Positions 46,107 to 52,860 of a stretch of DNA of 52,860 nt are shown piece after piece (the first letter of the stretch is position 1; every line of letters begins with the position of its first letter). The notes under the pieces were generated by a model. The model saw nothing but the letters and a program-made list of their open reading frames with translations. It was not told the DNA's origin and made no database searches. The translations under genes were made by a program, and so were the position numbers. Location of the stretch: positions 1 through 52,860 of the IMG/VR virus record IMGVR_UViG_3300020044_001825; one strand, 5' to 3'. The DNA is from a virus (Duplodnaviria > Caudoviricetes).

Positions 46107-47059
46107 GATGCTTTCCTAGTGTAAAAAGGTTCAACAATCTTCGTGTCGGGGGCGCTGCCCACAATCCAGAAGGCGGTCTGGTCATCATAATCTAACTGGT
46201 CATGGTGTGTCAACCAGCGCCACATCTTAGCCTCGTAGGTCGGGTGAAATTTGATACCGTCATAGTTCTCACCGGTAAAGTGATCGCTGTACTTGCTGTA
46301 GCCGCTATCGTGCAGGCTATAGTGCTTCCACTTGAACGGCAGCTTATCAACGTCCACGCCGATGTACGCAAGGCGCTGACGCATCCAACCACGCTTGTCG
46401 GGACCGATACCTATGGTGAACAACTCCTCAATGTTGTGCGAGTCGCGGCTCAAGCCGAGCATGATGCTCGTCAGCGAGTTACAAGACCCCGCAGGGGCGA
46501 TGAGGCGCTTGACTTCAGGCGGCATGTTAGTAGTCTGATGAGCGCCGACCTCGTGAAACTTACGCACATCTTCCTCAGGGTAGCGGTCATGCGGCACAGT
46601 GATACCGTACTCAACCACGAGCGAGGTAGGTTGCGTCAGGTCAACAACTTTGCGTTGCAAGATAGGATTGTACGGACCAGAAGCGAACTCAAACTCAGCA
46701 TCAAAGCCGTAGGCAATGCGAGGGTTCTCATGACGCAACACAGTCTCAGGCTTGCTATAGACGATCTGCCGAGCGCGTAAGCCATAATGCGCACCCACGA
46801 TGGCGCTCATGCTCAGCTGAGGAGACTGAATGCTAGCGCCAGTAACGATGTGGGTCTTACCCTGACGAAATTTGTTGACATACCAAATCAGCTGGCGCAT
46901 CTTTGAGCCGTTCGGACCACTGTAGCCGAGGGGGGCGAAGTAATCATCACGCTTGAACCACATACCCTTGCGGTTCTCCCACGGGGTGTGCGTGCCGAGG
47001 TGTTGCTCCCACTTGACCAAGTTACGGTCAATAGCTAACTCAGGAAATACTGTGTTCAT
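46103..47059 (-). CDS. PLP-dependent enzyme (fold type II), probable decarboxylase acting on modified DNA
   Basis: WFKRDD...NGSKMRQ PLP lysine, SPQ, PAGSCNS, FHPTYEAK, FWIVG. Confidence 0.78.
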   Translation of the reverse strand: MNTVFPELAIDRNLVKWEQHLGTHTPWENRKGMWFKRDDYFAPLGYSGPNGSKMRQLIWYVNKFRQGKTHIVTGASIQSPQLSMSAIVGAHYGLRARQIVYSKPETVLRHENPRIAYGFDAEFEFASGPYNPILQRKVVDLTQPTSLVVEYGITVPHDRYPEEDVRKFHEVGAHQTTNMPPEVKRLIAPAGSCNSLTSIMLGLSRDSHNIEELFTIGIGPDKRGWMRQRLAYIGVDVDKLPFKWKHYSLHDSGYSKYSDHFTGENYDGIKFHPTYEAKMWRWLTHHDQLDYDDQTAFWIVGSAPDTKIVEPFYTRKAS

Positions 47060-47280
47060 TCTGAATCCTCTCGTACGAATACTGCGTAACCGGCGTCCTC
47101 AGGGAAAACCGCCCCATGTGACATGACCAGATTAGCGTCAATCACCTCGTTAAAACCATCAACTGGGCAGATGCGGAAAGTGAGGTCACCTGCCTCAGTC
47201 CTCATAGCCGCGATACCCACGATACCCTTACCAGTGGTGAACCACTTGACATCAGCCAATACAGGCGCGTTCTCGTTCAT
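47056..47280 (-). CDS. Hypothetical protein, 74 aa
   Basis: GGAG RBS and ATGA coupling. Confidence 0.65.
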   Translation of the reverse strand: MNENAPVLADVKWFTTGKGIVGIAAMRTEAGDLTFRICPVDGFNEVIDANLVMSHGAVFPEDAGYAVFVREDSE

Positions 47281-47705
47281 TTCTTGACTCCTTTAATGTT
47301 AACCAGCATGAAGCTGCGTGCGTTGATTTCAATGATCTTCTGCTCACCGACCTTAGCGGCGGCGTAGAGCTGTGCAGTGAGGCGGTCTTGCTGAGCGCTA
47401 GTCATCCACTCAGGATTGTCGCGCCACATCTGATACGCATTCTTCCACGTGTCGCCGGTGTTCACGCAGATGATGGTGCGGTCGAGCTTGAGCGAGTCCT
47501 TCATGACGGGGCGGGTAGAGGTGTCAACCACTTGTTTAATCACTTTGCTAGTAGGTACAGGGGAGAGCAAGCTCTCAAAAACCTCAGCACAACGCCGCTC
47601 GGCGGTTTTACGGTCACTAAAGCGCTTGACCGGTGTTGTGCTGTGGCGGTTATAAAACGACACTAATTGTGGAGTCGTCATGCTGGAAAAGTTTACTGTA
47701 TTCAT
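47277..47705 (-). CDS. Hypothetical protein, 142 aa
   Basis: GGAG RBS; LVSFYN...VKRFSDRKTAERR N-terminal motif. Confidence 0.7.
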   Translation of the reverse strand: MNTVNFSSMTTPQLVSFYNRHSTTPVKRFSDRKTAERRCAEVFESLLSPVPTSKVIKQVVDTSTRPVMKDSLKLDRTIICVNTGDTWKNAYQMWRDNPEWMTSAQQDRLTAQLYAAAKVGEQKIIEINARSFMLVNIKGVKK

Positions 47706-47730
47706 TTCAAATCTCCAAGGAAAATTCTAA

Positions 47731-47841
47731 TTAAAAAGGGGCTTTTTCGGTCTGCTCGATTTGCTTGCGAGCATACTCACGGATTTGTTTAGCAGTCCAC
47801 GGCACGGGACCAGTAGCGGGTGGGAATGGCCAGTTGTTCAT
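47731..47841 (-). CDS. Hypothetical peptide, 36 aa (MNNWPFPPATGPVPW...KAPF)
   Basis: Translated by hand; ATGA overlap with the upstream gene. Confidence 0.55.
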   Translation of the reverse strand: MNNWPFPPATGPVPWTAKQIREYARKQIEQTEKAPF

Positions 47842-48542
47842 ACGCCCGCCTTTTGAATCATGTACAACGTAGTTGACAGGTCAGACACGCCGCCATTGCA
47901 GTAATGTAGGTTAGGCGCTTGACGGTACTTGTTCTGAGCGCTGTGATTGATAAACTTAGTCATCAGGATTGTATGGTCAGCGTGGAACTGGCTACGGCTC
48001 GCGGCTTCCTCACCCGTCATGAATGTGAATTTGACATCGGGGTAGTTCCGACTGACGCTAGTCATCTGAACGCCGTTCAAACCGACGATCAACACTGAGG
48101 GCTTACGGGGCTTAGGCGGCGTAGCTTCAACTTTGTAGCGCTTGAACTGCGTGTCAAACTCAGCGCCGATGTGCTGCTTGACTTCAGCCTGAGTCATCTG
48201 CGGACGCAGACGCTCGGCTATGCGGTCAGCTAGCGCGTCTAGTAGGTCGTCAAAGATCTTGAGCAGGGGGTTAACCGGCGGCTGCTCAACTACAGGGGCG
48301 CTCACCGGCGCGGGTTCAGGCTTAGGTACTTTTTCAGCCGCAACCTGCGCAGCCTCAATCATAGGACGCTCGTTATAGACGACTTGGTCAGTGATTTTAC
48401 GGCGGCGCTCATACGGCAGGACGAGCTGGGCGCGGCTAAGGGCTTCGCGGCGGGTGAGCATAGGGCTAGCGATGAACGCTTCAGTCAGCGCTTGATTGAT
48501 GAGCGCTCGCTCGGCTGTAGACCAGTGAATTCGTGTTGACAT
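47838..48542 (-). CDS. Hypothetical protein with a C-terminal DUF2325-like alpha/beta domain
   Basis: ATG at 48542 after GGAG. VLIVG...ILMTKFINHS...CNGGVS. Confidence 0.6.
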   Translation of the reverse strand: MSTRIHWSTAERALINQALTEAFIASPMLTRREALSRAQLVLPYERRRKITDQVVYNERPMIEAAQVAAEKVPKPEPAPVSAPVVEQPPVNPLLKIFDDLLDALADRIAERLRPQMTQAEVKQHIGAEFDTQFKRYKVEATPPKPRKPSVLIVGLNGVQMTSVSRNYPDVKFTFMTGEEAASRSQFHADHTILMTKFINHSAQNKYRQAPNLHYCNGGVSDLSTTLYMIQKAGV

Positions 48543-48543
48543 G

Positions 48544-48720
48544 TTAGTTGCTCCAGTGGCGAGCGGCACAGACGCTCTTCAGGTTGTCGTAGTCCGTATG
48601 CACTTTGTTTTGCAGGCGGTCGCAATACGCGGCTTCCTCATCGACCGCGTTGTCATAATCAAATGTCCCAACCGCGCCGAACGCGATCAGGATGAGTAGG
48701 AATGTAGCGCGGGCGATCAT
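48544..48720 (-). CDS. Small membrane/exported protein, 58 aa
   Basis: Translated by hand: MIARATFLLILIAFGAVGTFDY...YC...C. GGAGG RBS and ATGA overlap. Confidence 0.65.
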   Translation of the reverse strand: MIARATFLLILIAFGAVGTFDYDNAVDEEAAYCDRLQNKVHTDYDNLKSVCAARHWSN

Positions 48721-48926
48721 GCTACCTCCTTGAATGTTGTTGCGTGAGGCTTGATACCCAACTCTTCAAGATGACGGATAGCGACGAAGTCGAGTGGCAG
48801 GCTAGAGCCGCAGATCAGGAACACGGCTTGACTAGATGTGACGGGGCGAGAGAATACACGGCGTGTGCCGTCTTCGTCCTTGATGATGACGACGTATTCT
48901 TTCTTGCCTTGACCTTTATATTTCAT
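48717..48926 (-). CDS. Early hypothetical protein, 69 aa
   Basis: Preceded by the repeated 21-bp leader. Confidence 0.7.
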   Translation of the reverse strand: MKYKGQGKKEYVVIIKDEDGTRRVFSRPVTSSQAVFLICGSSLPLDFVAIRHLEELGIKPHATTFKEVA

Positions 48927-48930
48927 AGTA

Positions 48931-48951
48931 GTTCTCCAGTTATTGAGTTAT
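48931..48951 (-). repeat. 21-bp leader repeat ATAACTCAATAACTGGAGAAC, copy 1
   Basis: Identical to 49160-49180. Variants at 49801-49821 and 42518-42537. Confidence 0.9.
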
Positions 48952-48954
48952 TGA

Positions 48955-49155
48955 TTAAATAGCCAGTTCGGCTTGCTTGACTTCAATGGCGTAGCCGAGG
49001 CTCTTAGCGAGCTTAAGCGTCTCGCGAGTCAGCGTGTACTGACGGGCGAGGTCAGCAAAGATCTGAGCCGTGCTGTTAGCGGGGTAGATTGTTTCTTTAC
49101 CGTAAACATTCTTTACGGTGACTAACAGGGTTGTGTTGGTGATAGGTTGAGTCAT
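48955..49155 (-). CDS. Early hypothetical protein, 66 aa
   Basis: VKNVYGKETIYP...TLT...KSLGY; preceded by the repeated leader. Confidence 0.75.
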   Translation of the reverse strand: MTQPITNTTLLVTVKNVYGKETIYPANSTAQIFADLARQYTLTRETLKLAKSLGYAIEVKQAELAI

Positions 49156-49159
49156 GTGA

Positions 49160-49180
49160 GTTCTCCAGTTATTGAGTTAT
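49160..49180 (-). repeat. 21-bp leader repeat, copy 2
   Basis: Exact match to copy 1. Confidence 0.9.
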
Positions 49181-49205
49181 GAAGAGGGGCTTACGCCCCA
49201 TTTGG

Positions 49206-49796
49206 TTATTCGGTTTTAGCGTCCAACACTGCGATAATCGTGTTTAGCGGGGTCAACTTGCCAGCCATGTAATAAAACACGCGGATAAAACTGGTGCCAA
49301 ACTGATTAGTCACGTAGTGCCATGTTGCTGTCACTGGCAAGCCGTTGAAAATGTCATACAACTGCACACCGCGTTCAAATTGGCTCTTACGCAATGCGAT
49401 GATTTCAGATACTGATTTGCTGATTGTTTCCACGCGTGGGTTAACAGTGCGCTCAACTTTAACGATCTCTGCTGACTTGATTGTGCTGCGCATTTCAACC
49501 AGTGTTTCAATTTGAGATGTGAACACTTCAGCTTGTGGGAACACGTTCAACACCAAGGCGGTGTGCTTAGCTTTCCAGTTGTTGAGGTAATTAGCCAAGC
49601 CCCAGTACACATCGTTCTGTGCTTCAGTTCTGTCATCGTAAGGGATGGCCAAGCACAAGGCTTTGATACTATCTGTGAGCATTTCATAGGCGCGACCTAA
49701 GTCTTGCAACGCATCGTTTTTTGAAGCCATTGTGGTGAAGCCAGCTTCAAACTTTTCGTTAGCGCGATTTACGTAAAATTCAACATTGCGGGTCAT
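49206..49796 (-). CDS. Early hypothetical protein, 196 aa
   Basis: First gene after the leftward promoter; preceded by the leader variant at 49801-49821. Confidence 0.75.
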   Translation of the reverse strand: MTRNVEFYVNRANEKFEAGFTTMASKNDALQDLGRAYEMLTDSIKALCLAIPYDDRTEAQNDVYWGLANYLNNWKAKHTALVLNVFPQAEVFTSQIETLVEMRSTIKSAEIVKVERTVNPRVETISKSVSEIIALRKSQFERGVQLYDIFNGLPVTATWHYVTNQFGTSFIRVFYYMAGKLTPLNTIIAVLDAKTE

Positions 49797-49852
49797 GTCA
49801 GTTCTCCAGTTATCAAGTTATCATGGTCAGCACTGTGCCAGCCAATGAATGA

Positions 49853-49882
49853 ATTATAGGCTGAATGTTTTTGAAAAGGCAA
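49853..49882 (-). promoter_or_regulatory. Leftward promoter TTGCCT-18-TATAAT
   Basis: ATTATA 49853-58 and AGGCAA 49877-82 on the + strand. Confidence 0.75.
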
Positions 49883-49995
49883 GCGTTATTTTTAATGACC
49901 CTTCACCGCAGTTGGTTATTGGCTATTTCCCCTATAAACATTAGGCTTCCGGAGTGGGTGATTCAATGTCACGCAAAATAAATTTTTCAAAGAAT

Positions 49996-50024
49996 TTGCC
50001 TTTTCAAAAAATCTAAGGCATAAT
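49996..50024 (+). promoter_or_regulatory. Rightward promoter TTGCCT-17-CATAAT
   Basis: AT-rich UP-like tract upstream; shares a 15-bp sequence with the leftward promoter. Confidence 0.72.
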
Positions 50025-50055
50025 TCGCAGTGATAACGTATAACTGGAGCACCGG

Positions 50056-51609
50056 ATGCAATTAAGACCTTACCAAGACGAAGCCACCCAAGCCGCTATA
50101 GCCGCGCTAGGGAAGGGGATCAACCCCGTGCTTCAGCTCGCCACCGGTACAGGCAAGTCTCTCATCATCGCCGCTATAGCTAGCCTCTATAGGGCAGCGG
50201 GCAAAAACACTTGGGTACTCACCCACGTTCAACAACTCGTCAAACAAAACGCCTCCACCTACACTCGCTATAGCGAGCTAGAGCCGGCAATCGTCTGCGC
50301 AGGACTGAACCGCAAGGACGTTGACGGGCAAGTTACCTTCGGCACCATTCAAAGCATGATGGGCGTCCTAGCTGAAATGCAAGCGCCTGACCTCATCATT
50401 ATAGACGAAGCGCACCGCGTCCCGCACAACGAGGGCGAGCCGACGCTCTACGAATCAATACTGCGCCGTTACCCCGCTGCTCAACGCGTCGCTATGACCG
50501 CTACGCCGTGGCGAATGGACAATGGGATCATTTACGGTGACGGGGAGCAGTTCTGGTTTGACCGCCTCGCCTACAACTACCCCGTGCCCCGCGCCGTTCA
50601 CGACGGATGGCTGTGCCCGCTAGTCGGCGTTGAGACCGCGTTTCAACTCGACCTAGAAGACGTGGGTGTGAACGGGGACTTTGTGCAAACCGAAGTCGGT
50701 GACAAGCAGATGAACGACTGGCTTGAGTCAATGGCTGAATCATTGCTCACCCTCGCCGGCAACCGGAAGCATCTCGCGGTTTACTGCCCGACCATTACCG
50801 CCGCCATGCGTGCCGCTAACGCGATCACTAAGGTGACGGGTTGGTCAACAGAAGTCATGGCGGGCAGCATGAAGGGCGTTGAGCGGGATGACATCATGCA
50901 CCGGTTCCTGAGCGGTAAAAGCCGCGTGCTCTGCTCGGTTGATATGATTACCACCGGCTTTGACTTCCCTGCGCTGGATTGCATCGTGTGCCTGAGGCCA
51001 ACTCTCTCCTCCTCTCTGTGGGTTCAGATTCAAGGTCGGGGTACTCGCCTACACGACAGCAAAAAGAACTGCCTCGTGCTTGACTTTGTGGGTAACCTGC
51101 AACGCTTAGGCGGCGTAGACATGTATGAAAAGTTCTACCGCGAGCGCCTTGACGCTGAAGCGGAAGAGCTACCCGCAGTGCCCACTAAGCCTCACGTCAA
51201 AAAAGAGCGCAAGGTTTATCCTGGTGTGCGCACCATCATACCCATTGACCCTATGACAGGACGTGAGGCTACTGATGACTCAGTCATCACCGCCAAGGTC
51301 AGCAACGTCAACTGCGTCGCGGTGTTTACGCGGCGTAACCCCAATCAACCGGTGCTGCTCGTGCAGTACGCCTGCATCACAGATGAGGGGGCGCGTATTG
51401 ATGCTTCTACTTTCATCAGCACCGAAACACCCACATCGCAAACGGTAGCATTTTTCAAAAGACGCGCCCTTGCGGTAAACTTACCCTCCCCTGCTCGTTC
51501 ACTCACTTGGCAACTGAAAGGCGCTCGACAACCGGTCGCGGTTACTGTACGCAAGTCTGGGCGCTACTGGAATGTGCTTGAGGAGTATTTCAACGGAGAA
51601 ACAGAATAA
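50056..51609 (+). CDS. Superfamily 2 DEAH helicase (RadD/YejH-like)
   Basis: LRPYQ, ATGTGKS, IIDEAH, MTATP, TTGFDFP, QIQGRGTR. Confidence 0.9.
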   Translation: MQLRPYQDEATQAAIAALGKGINPVLQLATGTGKSLIIAAIASLYRAAGKNTWVLTHVQQLVKQNASTYTRYSELEPAIVCAGLNRKDVDGQVTFGTIQSMMGVLAEMQAPDLIIIDEAHRVPHNEGEPTLYESILRRYPAAQRVAMTATPWRMDNGIIYGDGEQFWFDRLAYNYPVPRAVHDGWLCPLVGVETAFQLDLEDVGVNGDFVQTEVGDKQMNDWLESMAESLLTLAGNRKHLAVYCPTITAAMRAANAITKVTGWSTEVMAGSMKGVERDDIMHRFLSGKSRVLCSVDMITTGFDFPALDCIVCLRPTLSSSLWVQIQGRGTRLHDSKKNCLVLDFVGNLQRLGGVDMYEKFYRERLDAEAEELPAVPTKPHVKKERKVYPGVRTIIPIDPMTGREATDDSVITAKVSNVNCVAVFTRRNPNQPVLLVQYACITDEGARIDASTFISTETPTSQTVAFFKRRALAVNLPSPARSLTWQLKGARQPVAVTVRKSGRYWNVLEEYFNGETE

Positions 51610-52860
51610 TGACGAGCAAGACGCCTAAGCATGTGTGGGCAGTAGACACTGACGGACCAAAAACTTTAGACTTCGCGCTAGCTTATGCGAGGCTCGGTTG
51701 GTACGTGTTGCCCGTGTGGTCGGTGGACTCGCATGGCCAATGCCGGTGCGGTCGCCCTAACACTGAGAAAGGTCACAAGGCGGGCAAGCACCCTCAGTCT
51801 GAGTTAGTTCCGCACGGGCATCAAGACGCAACTGTTGATGAACAAGTCATCAAGGACTGGTGGGCTACTGACCCCGACGCGGGTATCGGTATCTCCCTCG
51901 CCGAGTCAGGTCTGCTGGCGCTGGACATTGACCCGCAGAACGGCGGTGTTGACTCACTGGCAGAGCTAGAAGCTGAACATGGCGTCATGCACTCCGACTG
52001 TACGGCGGTGACTCAAGGCGGCGGGGAGCATAGGCTGTTCACCGCTGATGAGGACATGACGTATCCTGGCACACTGGGTAAAGGGCTTGACCTGAAGCAC
52101 CATGGCTATATCTGCGTCGCCCCTACGCTCGGACCCTCCGGTGATTACAAGTGGCAACAAGGGCGCTCGCCGCTCAGTCAAACCCGTCCGGCAAAGCCCT
52201 CACCCTTACCTCAGCTGATAGCGAGTAAGGCACGACCTCCAGTGAACTATAGCCTGACCGAGCGCGGTGGCGTTCCGGTGGCAACGGCTCAGACCTTTGA
52301 TGACCTGCGCTCGGCGCTCAAACACGTTGACGCTGATGACTACACAACGTGGGTCAACGTCGGTATGGTGCTCAAGCCTTACGGCGAGAACGGCTACAAA
52401 ATTTGGACCGAGTGGGCGGCGACCAGTGACAAGTTTGATGCCGCCGCGCAGAGGCGCAAGTGGGAGCGTGACATCAGTACTCCGCACTCAATCACTTACC
52501 GCTCAATCTTCCGCATGGCGATTGACAACGGCTGGGCAGGTAACACTCACGAAGCACCACAAGCCGCAACGACTCCTGACGGTAAACCCGCAGTTCACCC
52601 GCTCAGTCTCAAGAACTCAGTCGCCTCGGGCGCGGGTGAAGTCAACGTCTTTGAGTACGTGTACGAGGACTTTATGTCTACCGGTGTCAACGTAGTCGCC
52701 GGTGCTCCTGGTGTCGGTAAGACGACGCTCATCGTACCTATGGCGTTAGCCACTGCGCACCTCTGCCCGCATGACTACACGCTCAAGCCCGCCGTTAGGC
52801 GCAACGTCATCATCATAACCGAGTCGGTCGTTCAGGTTCAACGGGTCATTTACTCGCTCT
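51609..52860 (+). CDS. Bifunctional primase-polymerase + PriCT-2 + AAA helicase, 3'-truncated by the window edge
   Basis: Translated by hand from ATG 51609: ALAYARLGWYVLPV, CRCG, GKHP, LLALDIDPQNGG; DDYTTWVNVGMVLK; Walker A GAPGVGKTT. Confidence 0.88.
   Translation, partial: MTSKTPKHVWAVDTDGPKTLDFALAYARLGWYVLPVWSVDSHGQCRCGRPNTEKGHKAGKHPQSELVPHGHQDATVDEQVIKDWWATDPDAGIGISLAESGLLALDIDPQNGGVDSLAELEAEHGVMHSDCTAVTQGGGEHRLFTADEDMTYPGTLGKGLDLKHHGYICVAPTLGPSGDYKWQQGRSPLSQTRPAKPSPLPQLIASKARPPVNYSLTERGGVPVATAQTFDDLRSALKHVDADDYTTWVNVGMVLKPYGENGYKIWTEWAATSDKFDAAAQRRKWERDISTPHSITYRSIFRMAIDNGWAGNTHEAPQAATTPDGKPAVHPLSLKNSVASGAGEVNVFEYVYEDFMSTGVNVVAGAPGVGKTTLIVPMALATAHLCPHDYTLKPAVRRNVIIITESVVQVQRVIYSL

Noticed and set aside
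49186-49199. GGGGC-TTAC-GCCCC hairpin as a terminator
   Set aside because: A 5-bp stem with a poor U-tract on the coding (-) strand; may be a processing or stability hairpin, so not called.
48931-49821. 21-bp direct repeats as a mini CRISPR array or att sites
   Set aside because: Spacing is irregular and gene-sized, each copy contains an SD, and no integrase was seen.
152-52695. Many alternative-frame and antisense ORFs in the ORF track (e.g. 3087-3524, 6836-7330, 31113-31742, 37692-38204, 46202-46780, 52267-52695)
   Set aside because: They lie wholly within well-supported genes, lack RBS or motifs, and are expected shadows of GC-rich or repetitive coding sequence.
1-52860. Alternative genetic code, introns or inteins
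   Set aside because: Genes translate full length in code 11 with tight coupling. No interrupted terL, polymerase or helicase and no intein motifs were noticed.

Overview
This window is most of the genome of a tailed dsDNA bacteriophage with a podovirus-like gene set. It begins inside terL and ends inside a primase-helicase. I saw no tape measure, integrase, RNA polymerase, tRNA or CRISPR. The + strand (1-35681) carries packaging, head, tail-fibre, lysis and ejection genes: terL, a 1150-aa modular protein, portal, GroES, scaffold, Mu gpT-like capsid, fibres, GH108 endolysin with holins, and four large internal proteins. The - strand (35721-49796) carries recombination genes, a family B DNA polymerase, a thymidine hypermodification cassette (dUMP hydroxymethylase, 5-hmdU DNA kinase, P-loop kinase, amino acid:DNA transferase, PLP enzyme) and small early genes. 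A divergent promoter pair then leads to an SF2 helicase and a Prim-Pol/PriCT/AAA gene. Most notable: (1) a [YFWM]-x-x-G-G motif recurring about 14 times in four unrelated late proteins and sitting at their domain boundaries; (2) a T-hypermodification pathway with no radical SAM gene; (3) apparent absence of CCSGG, a T-free restriction site that T modification cannot protect; (4) two pseudoknotted intergenic RNAs; (5) a repeated 21-bp leader before early genes. All product calls come from motif recognition by eye; no searches were run.
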